IMG/VR virus record: IMGVR_UViG_3300030503_000315
Coordinates: 62,001 to 126,000 of that record
Direction: 5' to 3' (one strand)
Length of the DNA: 64,000 nucleotides
A program made the position numbers and the translations under genes. Positions within the stretch are counted from its first letter, which is position 1; every line of letters starts with the position of its first letter. The notes under the pieces were generated by a model. The model was not told where the DNA came from and did no database searches. It saw only the letters and a program-made list of their open reading frames with translations. Shown one piece after another: positions 1 through 9,591 of this stretch.

Positions 1-22
1 CTTGTCGGCATTTCAACCTCCA

Positions 23-679
23 TCAACGTCCATATGGATGAAGTAGCTTGAGCTGTTTCTCTCGCTCCTTCACATACTGTTCCGTGGAAATAAATTTGTG
101 ATTCGACCACCCTGTCATGACCTGAACATTGTGTATGGGTACATTCACTATATCCAGGATAACTTCCTGTTGAGAATCTCGGAACTCTAATCCTTCCGAG
201 AAGTATTTTCTTTGATCGTTGAAGTGTTCAATCCAGGCACACCAGGATTTATCTTTCCAAATAGAATCAACATCCAGGATGATGTCGGAATGTTTTGGTT
301 TTATGGTAAGGAGAACTGCACTGGAATCATCTCCTGCGTCACCCATGGAGTTGCTAAAAAAGTAATCACCCATGAATTCGCGAATAACCTTCATGTCCTT
401 TGTCCAGGACGAAGGTTTCTTTGCTCCGACCATCTTGTTCTCAATACACTTCATGAGATTTTTATCAGATAAGGCAATCACTCGATAGAGAGTGCCAGAG
501 TACTGTCTGAATTTTGCTGGCCAGGGTTGCTTTTTGAGTTTCTTGGCTTCACCGGGTAGCGCACTATTTTGCCACTCGCCCAAGGTCTCTACCATATCCT
601 CGGTAGGACCCGCTTCACCTTTCGCCATCATCAGGTGTTGCATCCTGCTTAGACGCGTCGAAGAATTTATTTTAATCAT
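23..679 (-). CDS. Putative ADP-ribosyltransferase (R-S-E class)
   Basis: Motifs in ART order: LYRVI (Arg), SSWT (Ser-x-Thr), QQEVIL (Glu); shares the MIKINS leader with the neighbouring ARTs. Confidence 0.6.
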   Translation of the reverse strand: MIKINSSTRLSRMQHLMMAKGEAGPTEDMVETLGEWQNSALPGEAKKLKKQPWPAKFRQYSGTLYRVIALSDKNLMKCIENKMVGAKKPSSWTKDMKVIREFMGDYFFSNSMGDAGDDSSAVLLTIKPKHSDIILDVDSIWKDKSWCAWIEHFNDQRKYFSEGLEFRDSQQEVILDIVNVPIHNVQVMTGWSNHKFISTEQYVKEREKQLKLLHPYGR

Positions 680-686
680 TTCTACC

Positions 687-1433
687 TCAGCTGCTATACT
701 CGACAGTTATGATACGAGGCTGACCTCGCTTACCTGGTTTAATATCCACTACTTTATACTTAGCATCCTTGTTCAACAGAATCTCATTTTCCGAACGGGT
801 TGCGTGCCCACCTTTCTTGAAAACGGAAAGACTATCGACGGAGATTGCTTTGCTACCCTTCGGCACTTGAATCTTCAGTATCGTTGGATTATCACCACGA
901 GAAAAGTTGTCCGCGGTGTCCTTGTCAGTTGACGTCGATCCATATCCACGATCTTCAAAGGACTCGCCGACTTTCAGATCCTTGAACATATCCATTTCAG
1001 TTGCACCAACACCACGATAGACTTCAAGAGGTTCAGTTGTCTTGGCCTTATCGAATGCTTGTTCAACCAACTTCATTTCCTTTCTATCTGCTGCAGGAAT
1101 ATTCTTCCCCGCACGCAACGCCTTGTTAACCGATTGGTACATCACACCAGTATATTCTTTCAGCGCCTGCACTTCTTTGGGATCAAGTGTAACTGAAGCC
1201 GCTTTGTGTGCTGCTTTACCTTTGGCTACTTTCCCCGCAGGCTGCTCAACTTCAGGACTCGGTACCACTTTGGGTTTTGACTGTGGTTCTGCAACCCCTG
1301 TCTTTCCATACTTACTACGAGGATGTCTCTTTAAGTACTGCTCTTGCTTTTCCTTACTGAGGTTGTCCCACCATCCTGCATCTATCTCGAAGGCAGTAGC
1401 GATCAACCTCCGGACAGAATTGATCTTTATCAT
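687..1433 (-). CDS. VIP2/C3-exoenzyme-like ADP-ribosyltransferase
   Basis: ALKEYTG..Y.SVN..LR helix, EVYRG, GYGSTS and ENEILL motifs; N-terminal WWDNLSKEKQEQYLKRHPRSKY segment and a P/K-rich linker. Confidence 0.9.
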   Translation of the reverse strand: MIKINSVRRLIATAFEIDAGWWDNLSKEKQEQYLKRHPRSKYGKTGVAEPQSKPKVVPSPEVEQPAGKVAKGKAAHKAASVTLDPKEVQALKEYTGVMYQSVNKALRAGKNIPAADRKEMKLVEQAFDKAKTTEPLEVYRGVGATEMDMFKDLKVGESFEDRGYGSTSTDKDTADNFSRGDNPTILKIQVPKGSKAISVDSLSVFKKGGHATRSENEILLNKDAKYKVVDIKPGKRGQPRIITVEYSS

Positions 1434-1435
1434 AG

Positions 1436-2611
1436 CTAGCCCATATGTCGTTCTTGGTGTTCTTCAATCTCACGCTTAGACCAGTCCTCTGAATTGATAT
1501 TCAAAGCCTCACCTTTTGAGTGAACATACTTTGCCTCACCAACCTGGTTGTCTTTGGAGTCGATGAGCTGGACAACCCAACTACGCGCCCCTTTGTCATA
1601 CCAACGTTCGATTTTCCACCCTGCTGGTAGCTTTTTATCTACTGATATAGCAGCTGCCTGTACGGTGTCTTTACATTTCCTCAAAAAGAAACGTAGGGTA
1701 TTCGTTGAAGGCTTATCTTTAAGTAACCAGGTGATCCCTGGATGCAGTGGCTGTGGGAATTCATTTGGTAGAAACCACTTGTATCCTCCCGATTCTTCAT
1801 TGATCTGAGGTTCGAACTCATGAGGAACCAGAGCCACGTAGTTGTAGTAGACGAACGATTTCTTTTGATCGTTGAATGGTGTCAAGGGACGTAGCTTCAT
1901 CGGACCTTGGTAACCTGTCTCTTCTAAAATTTCCCTACGCAACGCCTGGACGATCTCCTCATTGCCATCTATTGATCCACCAAACTGACCATAGGTATTA
2001 GGCATGGCCGATGTCGAGGATCTTAGCTGAAGCAGGATACGTCCGGTGTCTTGAGCGATAATCAGAGCTCCGGTAGCTGCGTGATAACCACGAATACCAG
2101 GCACCCATTTTTCGTCCAGTTTATGTGCTTTGACGGAGTGGCCACCATGTTTTGACTTAAGATATTTTATGGCTGGACCATACTCAGGTGAGTCTAAAAG
2201 ATCATCCTGCTCACCATCCAACACCTCTTTTAGAATAGCTGGGTCATTTTCTATGTACCGCGCGTGCTCGTGCCAAGGCAAGTGTACCGCAATGATGTCC
2301 GAGGGCTTCACTTCGTCCTGAAGAACAAGCGGCTTATCCCAATTCCTCTTGGGTACTTGAAACTCAACAGTAGGGACTTCTCCAGGAGTACCGTAGAATC
2401 CCTTCTCATCCGCATAGATGCCACGAGGACCTTCAATCCCTTTAGCGTGACTCATTTGAACGCCATGCTTAAGAATAGAAGGCACGTTACTTAATTCCGT
2501 TTGATGGTAGAGCCTTACATAACCAGGTTTGATCTTCGAAGTACCTGGAAGTTCCGGAAGAGTATCGTGAGCGGTAGCTTTAAGTCGAAAGACTGAGTTT
2601 ATCTTCATCAC
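1436..2611 (-). CDS. H-Y-class ART-like domain fused to a Nudix hydrolase
   Basis: N-terminal LYHQT..NVPSILKHG...GIY resembles the His-Tyr ART core; intact Nudix box GGSIDGNEEIVQALRREILEETG. Confidence 0.75.
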   Translation of the reverse strand: MMKINSVFRLKATAHDTLPELPGTSKIKPGYVRLYHQTELSNVPSILKHGVQMSHAKGIEGPRGIYADEKGFYGTPGEVPTVEFQVPKRNWDKPLVLQDEVKPSDIIAVHLPWHEHARYIENDPAILKEVLDGEQDDLLDSPEYGPAIKYLKSKHGGHSVKAHKLDEKWVPGIRGYHAATGALIIAQDTGRILLQLRSSTSAMPNTYGQFGGSIDGNEEIVQALRREILEETGYQGPMKLRPLTPFNDQKKSFVYYNYVALVPHEFEPQINEESGGYKWFLPNEFPQPLHPGITWLLKDKPSTNTLRFFLRKCKDTVQAAAISVDKKLPAGWKIERWYDKGARSWVVQLIDSKDNQVGEAKYVHSKGEALNINSEDWSKREIEEHQERHMG

Positions 2612-4294
2612 TCATTCTTCCTTCATCTGATCGAATTTCTCAAGGTAGGCAGGGATTCTAAATCCCAAAGTCTGCCAGTACATGAGCTGTGCAGCGGGAT
2701 CGATGTATGCATTAAGAGCTGTTGTCCCGGTCACCTTGGTTCCTGAAGCTCCATTACGAACGTGGTTCAGAATCTTACCAACAGCTTCAGCCATCTTCTG
2801 GAACACTACCATAGCAGCCTTTTCGTCCTTAGGTGGTTTCTTCTCAAAGACTTCCTGCATAAGCTGTTGGAAGACGTGTGTTCCCTTAGCTGTACGCAGT
2901 TTGTGGACCGTAGTTCCGTTGGGAGCACCCATCGACTTGAACAATGCATTTACCTGTGTTCCAGTAACGCGAATCGGACGACCCGTAGGTTTAACGTAGG
3001 TGAATAGCGGGTCTTTAGCGGTCTTACCTTGTAGCATTTGAATGATTGCTGCAGCCACATACTTCTGGTTTGCATTTGCTTTCAAAATCTTGTGCACGGT
3101 ATTAACACCATCCTTACCTTTGTAGCGAAGGACGATGTTACCACCAGAATCGACCGAGGCATGCTTCACCTGGAGAGTGGATATCCCATATGTCGATTGA
3201 CCACCTGCTGCATTACCCATCGAACCAACACGAGCGGAAAACTCGTAGAGGATTTCCAGTTCAACAGCAGCAACGCAACGGATGTCCTGAGGATTGAATT
3301 TCCGGACCAGGTTGAACCACTTCTTCTGCATCGATTGCAATTTTGGCAACAGATCGGCTACCTTGCTAAACTTCTGCCTTGCCTGCGCCTTCTTGTAATC
3401 CATGGTGTAGAACGGAGCGCTACCTTGACCATCAGATTTGATTGCCAGGAATACGTAATCTGCACCACCGGGCTTGCCATACTTCGGGTTCATCTCAACC
3501 GAGGGGAAAGTGATAACGGAAGGGACGCCGTTAATCAGATGACCATCGTGAGTGTACATCCTAAGCAGATCATCTACCTGCCCAGTGAATCCAAGAGGAA
3601 GCATGTGATCGATACCATTCGCGTGCAGGAATGCCAGGAGCTCTTCGTACGGAACAGTCGAATGACCAGAGTTACGTACATAACTCACTGCTGCGTCTTT
3701 CCAAATCTGATTGTGTTCCCTGCGGTACAACAGATATTGCTTATACGCATCCGGCTTCAGGTCCTTGACCTGTTTTGCTTCATCTAGAGTAAGTGCAGTA
3801 TCGTCACGACCAACCAACTCGTACACAAGTTGTCGTAAGGATTCGCTGGTCTTCCTTTGTGTACCGACCTTTGGTGCCATGCGCTTGGAGATGTACGGGT
3901 TGTTCATCATACCAGCAAATTTCTCAATCTTCTTCAGGGCAATCTCTGAGTCGGTGCGTAGATATGTTATGAGAGCTTTGAGAATTTCCAACTCTCTTGA
4001 GGTATAGCGTTCGTTCGAACGGAATGATTGAAATTCCTGCTTGAGTTCCTCTCCGAGTAGCGCTAGCTGCTCTGCTTTCGAGCGTCCCGTCAACGCGGCA
4101 TTGAATGCATTGCGGAGGGCAGGCAATTCCTTGCCCCATTGGGCAATCACAGGCTTCTGCAGATGCTTGAGTTCTTGCTCGGTTTCTTCGTCCGGCCGGC
4201 GTTCAGCACCGTTGTCCTTGTAGTCTATACTCAAGGTGTAGAGGGCTTCCAGCAAGGAAACAAGCTGTGATGCAGTAACGAGGATGGGGTTCAT
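2612..4294 (-). CDS. DNA topoisomerase IB with long N-terminal extension
   Basis: Catalytic pentad in order: SARVG (R), YKGKDG (K), HKLRT (R), LNH (H), AYIDP (Tyr nucleophile). Confidence 0.88.
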   Translation of the reverse strand: MNPILVTASQLVSLLEALYTLSIDYKDNGAERRPDEETEQELKHLQKPVIAQWGKELPALRNAFNAALTGRSKAEQLALLGEELKQEFQSFRSNERYTSRELEILKALITYLRTDSEIALKKIEKFAGMMNNPYISKRMAPKVGTQRKTSESLRQLVYELVGRDDTALTLDEAKQVKDLKPDAYKQYLLYRREHNQIWKDAAVSYVRNSGHSTVPYEELLAFLHANGIDHMLPLGFTGQVDDLLRMYTHDGHLINGVPSVITFPSVEMNPKYGKPGGADYVFLAIKSDGQGSAPFYTMDYKKAQARQKFSKVADLLPKLQSMQKKWFNLVRKFNPQDIRCVAAVELEILYEFSARVGSMGNAAGGQSTYGISTLQVKHASVDSGGNIVLRYKGKDGVNTVHKILKANANQKYVAAAIIQMLQGKTAKDPLFTYVKPTGRPIRVTGTQVNALFKSMGAPNGTTVHKLRTAKGTHVFQQLMQEVFEKKPPKDEKAAMVVFQKMAEAVGKILNHVRNGASGTKVTGTTALNAYIDPAAQLMYWQTLGFRIPAYLEKFDQMKEE

Positions 4295-4399
4295 ATTGTG
4301 CCTTCTAATTCTGAATGACAGGATTCGATGGCATCAAATTGCATTCGAAACGACGCAGAGATGGAAAAAGACCACCCTTACTGCTGGTGGTCTTTTTGT

Positions 4400-4606
4400 T
4401 TACTCTTCCTCGTCTCCGTCCTCTTCTTCCGATTCCTCGCTTTGAATCTCATCAAGACGAGTATCTACTTCGTTAAGAAGATCGTCAACGTGATCCTTCA
4501 GCTCATCCAGATCGGAATAGAACAGTTCCAGTTCATCGTCCTCTGCGCTATCAAACAGTTTTGTCAACTGTTCCTTGATATCATCAATCGGCTTACTCAT
4601 CACCAA
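4400..4606 (-). CDS. Small highly acidic protein
   Basis: 68 aa, D/E-rich, overlaps the stop of the upstream gene. Confidence 0.6.
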   Translation of the reverse strand: MVMSKPIDDIKEQLTKLFDSAEDDELELFYSDLDELKDHVDDLLNEVDTRLDEIQSEESEEEDGDEEE

Positions 4607-5400
4607 GTCTCCACTTCATCTTCGCTACCATCGGTTAACATATCCATATCATCCCCGGTAAGAATGGAATCCATTGGGTCTTCAAGAACACTCATGACCA
4701 TACCTACTCGCTGCACCTTCTCTTCAAATTCTACAGACTCCTGATCCAGCTGTGGTCCACCAAACATGTTGGCATACATTGCTTCTTCCGGCGGGATGAA
4801 ATTCGGACCCTTCAGGAATTTTCCGTTAGCGTCTTTAATAGGATTACCATCTTCACCCAGCTTGGTGAAATTCGAACCCATAATGATGGCCAGGTTCTGT
4901 TCGTGCGGTAGGCCAAACTTCAGCGCTTCAGAACGAATGTAGACATTCATATCACCAAGCCAGTCGGCAAGCATTACCAGGATCTGACGATCCACCTCAT
5001 CTATGCCACCATCTTCCCACGCGATAGAAAGGATGTCTGATATCTCAATTGCGCGTTTCGGTTCGATACCAGCTGTGATGGCGTCATGTTGAAGATTCAA
5101 TCCGTCCCACACCGTCGCGCTTTCTGTGCTGAGTGCGATCTCACGCTTGTCCAACACGAATTCGATTTCCTTACCTTCCTTCATTTCCTTCTCGAGTGTC
5201 TTGAGAAAGCCTTGCACACGCTTCAGCGGTTGCTCGTTAAGGTGTTCGGCAGAGAGCGTCGGAGCCGAGTTGATTGGCAGTTCGTAAATCTCATTCTGCT
5301 TCTTGATCGCCCACAGAAAGTACGACGACGCGGGTACGCCGGACTCTTCAAACTCATTCGAGAGACGACCAACCAGGCTTGTGAATTTATCCAGATCCAT
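4600..5400 (-). CDS. MazG/PRA-PH-like all-alpha NTP pyrophosphohydrolase
   Basis: EKEMKE and LADWLGD acidic motifs plus the family tail SNFTKLGEDGNPIKDANGKFLKGPNF; long insertion between the two motifs. Confidence 0.78.
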   Translation of the reverse strand: MDLDKFTSLVGRLSNEFEESGVPASSYFLWAIKKQNEIYELPINSAPTLSAEHLNEQPLKRVQGFLKTLEKEMKEGKEIEFVLDKREIALSTESATVWDGLNLQHDAITAGIEPKRAIEISDILSIAWEDGGIDEVDRQILVMLADWLGDMNVYIRSEALKFGLPHEQNLAIIMGSNFTKLGEDGNPIKDANGKFLKGPNFIPPEEAMYANMFGGPQLDQESVEFEEKVQRVGMVMSVLEDPMDSILTGDDMDMLTDGSEDEVETW

Positions 5401-5439
5401 AATTCCTCATACAGTGATGTTAGGTTTGAACTACCCTAA

Positions 5440-5448
5440 TATTTACTG
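5440..5448 (-). promoter_or_regulatory. Class B promoter-like motif, variant (CAGTAAATA)
   Basis: One mismatch to the TAGTAAATA motif, intergenic, followed by a TTAGG/CCTAA hairpin. Confidence 0.4.
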
Positions 5449-5457
5449 TATGAGAAA

Positions 5458-6329
5458 CTACCAATCAATACTCGTATGCACCTGTAAATATCTGCCACGA
5501 TCAACCAAAGGTATTTCAAATAGCCAGACAAGAATATCCGTCTCATCCAAGGATGTACAGACAACTTTTTCCTCAAACTTATCAACCAAGATATATTGAT
5601 CCGGATAATTCCTCTTCCACTCTTCATGCCGATCAAGCATATCCGCGATAGGATGCGCGAACCACTTAGGGCTATTGTTCTCTACATCCAAAGCTGCAGC
5701 TTTAACCTGTACGGCGGTAAGTATGGAGATCACAGTTCTCAAATCTCCAACTGAGACCTGCGTAGAGGCACCAGACCCCATGAAGTGAAGAGCGATGTCT
5801 CCGTCCTCCATGGCATCTTCAGCTAACTCTTGCTGCGCCTCGATCATTGCCCACCAGGTGGCGAAGCTTGAGATAGCTTTATGCTCTTCATCTGTAAGAG
5901 TAAGAAGATTCACTAGTCTATCATTTTTAACTTTGGTCATTGCTACTCCTTGAGGTTGAATGCGTGCATGAGGATGAACCTTGCTTCCTCGATCAACTTC
6001 TCTTTCTCTTCAATGTATCCCTCGTCCCCCCAGAAATGTAGATCGAATTCTTCCTCAGTCCACTTGGGATATTCTTTAAACTTTAACGCTTTTGCCGACT
6101 TCTCCGCCATCTTTTTGATATGGGACAGCATCGTCACATCTTCTTCCAGGAAATAGAGGGGACGGTGTGCACCTAGGTTTTCCCAACCTACGCACGGTTG
6201 GAAGTACCAACCAGAGTGTGAGTTATGGTTTATGTATCCCGCGAACTTATGTACCCACTTTTCTATAGGAGCTCTACGCGGGGGAGGTGGATCTGGTTTC
6301 CACTTTGACTCCGGAGGAATTCTAACCAT
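5458..6329 (-). other. Two hypothetical CDS (5458..5940, 5943..6329)
   Basis: Tiled minus-strand ORFs with SD-like sequences; no motif recognised. Confidence 0.65.
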
Positions 6330-6339
6330 CTAACTCTCC

Positions 6340-6753
6340 TTATGCTCGAGTATTCCACGAGGCATCCGCATCTTCCTGCGACTTGTATCCGAAGATACCC
6401 ATAGGGCAAACGTGTCGGGTGTTGTCCTTTAAGGACCACTCTTCATTCTTCACCCATCCACTGCACATGACAGAATAGCCTTCCATGTCACCATCGGGAT
6501 AACGTTCAGCCTCTGCTGCACAGAACGGACATGCCTTAAGACCAGTCTTCGGATTGACAACATTTGCCAGATCACTTAAAGTTCGTCCTTCGCAGAAGAA
6601 CGCGAACCCTATCTGCAAATCAAGCCTTTCGTAATCGCCGTCCTCGTCTTTTACAAAATCACTATCCGTATTGCCGTGGTTAGCTTTACACACTTCTTCG
6701 AACATCTTGTGGAGCATCTCGTCCTTCAGCTGCTCAATGGTCTTGTCAGTCAT
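6340..6753 (-). CDS. Lar-family (restriction alleviation)-like Zn-finger protein
   Basis: LKACPFC...YSVMC...C...ASWNTRA pattern typical of Lar-like C-terminal domains. Confidence 0.65.
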   Translation of the reverse strand: MTDKTIEQLKDEMLHKMFEEVCKANHGNTDSDFVKDEDGDYERLDLQIGFAFFCEGRTLSDLANVVNPKTGLKACPFCAAEAERYPDGDMEGYSVMCSGWVKNEEWSLKDNTRHVCPMGIFGYKSQEDADASWNTRA

Positions 6754-6791
6754 TCTTCGTCCTCTAGATATTTGTAGTAAAGCTTCTGGCC

Positions 6792-6983
6792 TTAGTATTC
6801 TTCATAGGGATTGAAGCCTCCAGTGAGGCGGCGATCGCGATATCCATTTGCCCAGCCACGTTCCCAATCCCTGTAGTCTTGTTGATGTTGACTTGGGATG
6901 TAAGGGCATGCCCACATAGCTTTCCCATTCTTACCTGCCTCGTACCCAAGCTCATACGGCGACTTTGGTCTTTCAACCAACAT
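6792..6983 (-). CDS. Rmf (ribosome modulation factor)-like small protein
   Basis: Restarted at ATG 6983 (GAGGA SD); YELGYEAGKNG..CPY...WERGW pattern. Confidence 0.55.
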   Translation of the reverse strand: MLVERPKSPYELGYEAGKNGKAMWACPYIPSQHQQDYRDWERGWANGYRDRRLTGGFNPYEEY

Positions 6984-8411
6984 GATCCTCTCCCTCGAAT
7001 TTAGCATACTCACCATCCTCCCACTTACCACGTATGAAGGCGGCGCAGTCAAGAAGATACTCTCGGCGCTTCTCATGATAATGTGCGGCCTTCGGCATAT
7101 CAGAAGCATCCGCACAAGTCTCCTGATATGAGTGATAGTCGGCCAGAGCCTCTAAAGCTCCCGGGAGTTCCGTTAACATCTTGAACTCTGTAGCAGAGAA
7201 TTCAGGTCGTTTCATCACCTACCTCCATATTTCCTTTGAACACGTATCCATACTTTTCCTTGACGCAGTGTTCATCACACCACGCCTGGGCTTCCTCTAG
7301 CTTCCGAATGACTTCGTGTAACCATCCAGTTGATGCACTGCCCTCAGTTTTCACGCTCCAGTTACCATCATCTTCGCAAACGATGGTGAACACAACATGT
7401 GGATCTTCGGCACCTCTCCAACCGAGCGTAACACCGAAACAGGATCCAAAGAATCCGATCTCGTATTTGTGCTCGGAATAATCCTTCCGAAACCAATCCC
7501 ACCCAATGATGTACGGCTTCTTCTGTTCTTCATTCATTTCTATAACTCTCCTCGCGGCTGAACAACACCAAGCCGTTCGAGTATGCCTCGATCCGTGTCG
7601 GTGATATTTACCCCTTCCAGGAAAGACTGTTGCTTGAACTCTTTCATGTCAAGATGACGATTGACACCCTGATTCGCGATATAGTAGGCGAGCTCCATGG
7701 CATGCTCTACCAGCCACTTGGGATTTGCATGACCTAGGGCATAACGTGCAAACCAGTGCAGCAACTCTACTACCCTCTCATGTTGAACATCCTGAGCACC
7801 GTTTATCTCTTCCGGCTTCATGCAACCACTAAGCAGTATTGCCACTTGCTCTTCACTCAAACCAAAATTATCCATTTTAGTCTCCAGGTGGATGAATGTC
7901 GTGAAAGTACGCAGCTTCGAGGACTTTGCGTAATCCTTCCGGCATGTTCCAACCTTCCAGTACGACACCGACGGTGTACTTCATTCTCTGAAGTTTCAGC
8001 AACTCGTCCTTAGGAGCTTCCAGAAGTTCTTTCACTTCGTCCCGGGTAAACGTAAAGCTGTGAGTCATCTTTGACATCAACAACTCGTGTTTCAGTTTCT
8101 CAATCCAACTGAGATTATCTCTCATCTTCTTTGTCCTTCAATAGTTTCTGAAGTTCTTCCTTGTCCCATTCTATGCCCGTGATTTCATCACTGATCCAGT
8201 CAAGTGATTCTTCTAGCCTATGCATATTTCGGATTAGTATCCTTTCCTCGTAAAGCCCACGGCCACGATACGCTTCATCAAGATCCAGGTCGAGATGCTT
8301 CTTGATGGCATCTAAACGTTCCACCTTCACAAGTACCCAACCTTCCGGAATGTCACTCATCTTTCCTCCCAAGATCAAGCGTCTTGTAAACCGTGGATTC
8401 ATCCGAGGCAA
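6973..8411 (-). other. Run of small hypothetical CDS (6973..7218, 7202..7537, 7540..7968, ~7965..8125, 8115..8411)
   Basis: Contiguous tiling with stop/start overlaps. Confidence 0.6.
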
Positions 8412-8604
8412 ACTTTGAGATCATCCGGGCAATTCGTGCAGCTTCATCTGCAGGAATCGTGATACCTTGCTTACCGTGCTGCCACTCTGTTACTTTCTTT
8501 GTCTTATACATCTGACGCAAGGATATAAAGTTAGCGCCATTGATCTCGACAGCTTCAATACGAATTGCTTTTGTGTCGGTTAGTTCAAATGTTTTCTTAG
8601 ACAT
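8353..8604 (-). CDS. PC4/YdbC-like ssDNA-binding protein
   Basis: IRIEAVEINGANFISLRQMY...WQHGKQGITIP matches the PC4 fold pattern; start at ATG 8604. Confidence 0.72.
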   Translation of the reverse strand: MSKKTFELTDTKAIRIEAVEINGANFISLRQMYKTKKVTEWQHGKQGITIPADEAARIARMISKFASDESTVYKTLDLGRKDE

Positions 8605-9113
8605 ACTTTTGACCCCGGATCTTTTTCCATCCACTACCACTTTGGTTTTGAATCAAGGATGGGATTGATTGTCTAAAAGCTTCCTCGACATCATTGCAAA
8701 ACTGCAACCAAACATTATCTCGGAATCGAGCGTACACCGGAGTACCCCATCCCGGGATGTCCCGAGCGTATATTCCACTGGAATTGGGATTTCTACCCAC
8801 CTGCCACTCTTCATACTCTTTGTCGTTCTCAACGGAATGAGAAGTAACCTTTACGTTCCTAGACATAGGTCTCTCCTTTGATCTTTCGCCAAGGCGTGTT
8901 GGCACTATCCTGCCAGGTGCTTTTTACCTTAGTATTTCTAGCTAGTTCAACCTCAAAGTAGGCTATACACCAAAATCTTCCAGTCCACCTACTATAACAT
9001 TTACTTGACTCACCAAGAAGATCGCGTTCATAGACGCCTGTCTCTGTAGGTAGTCCTGTCTGCCATCCATCATCAAGGATACTATGACTAGTCACCCGAA
9101 TATTCTTCATCAT
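8597..9113 (-). other. Tandem paralogous hypothetical pair (8597..8866, 8859..9113)
   Basis: Shared (K/R)N(V/I)(K/R)VTSHS...WQ.G.P...G(I/V)Y.RD...W(K/R)KI(R/K)G..YV. Confidence 0.75.
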
Positions 9114-9591
9114 AATCTTCGTGTCTTTTAAGAATTGATAGTCCCGAGAACTTTGTGAATGATTCAATAGCCTTAGCATCGTTAACATAGGGGTAATTAG
9201 CATAACCATCAAACGCACGCTTCGCGCTACATAGATGGTTGTGATCCATCGTTCCTAGAACGTATGTAAAGCCCGATTCCGTCAAACCATAGATAGGACT
9301 ATCATACTCCTGCATCTCACCTCTAGGTGGAGACCAAGTCCTACGTATGGTTCCTATCACTTGCAACAGGCCCAGACGGACGAGCACGCGACAGCAGCTT
9401 GAAACACCAAGCGTCCAATTTCTACTACTACGTGCTTTGAACGATTGGCGGAAAACTGGGAGACACGTCTTCACTATGTCGCGGGTCTGGCGTCCTCTGG
9501 TTTTTAAACTCAGGGGAACGAATACAAAGGACGCCAGGATGATTCTATGCTGCATCGTCAAATCGTTTATTGTCAGTCGCTTGTGAGACAC
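9088..9591 (-). CDS. Possible winged-helix DNA-binding protein
   Basis: CRVLVRLGLL...YGLTESG resembles a wHTH recognition helix plus wing. Confidence 0.4.
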   Translation of the reverse strand: MSHKRLTINDLTMQHRIILASFVFVPLSLKTRGRQTRDIVKTCLPVFRQSFKARSSRNWTLGVSSCCRVLVRLGLLQVIGTIRRTWSPPRGEMQEYDSPIYGLTESGFTYVLGTMDHNHLCSAKRAFDGYANYPYVNDAKAIESFTKFSGLSILKRHEDYDEEYSGD

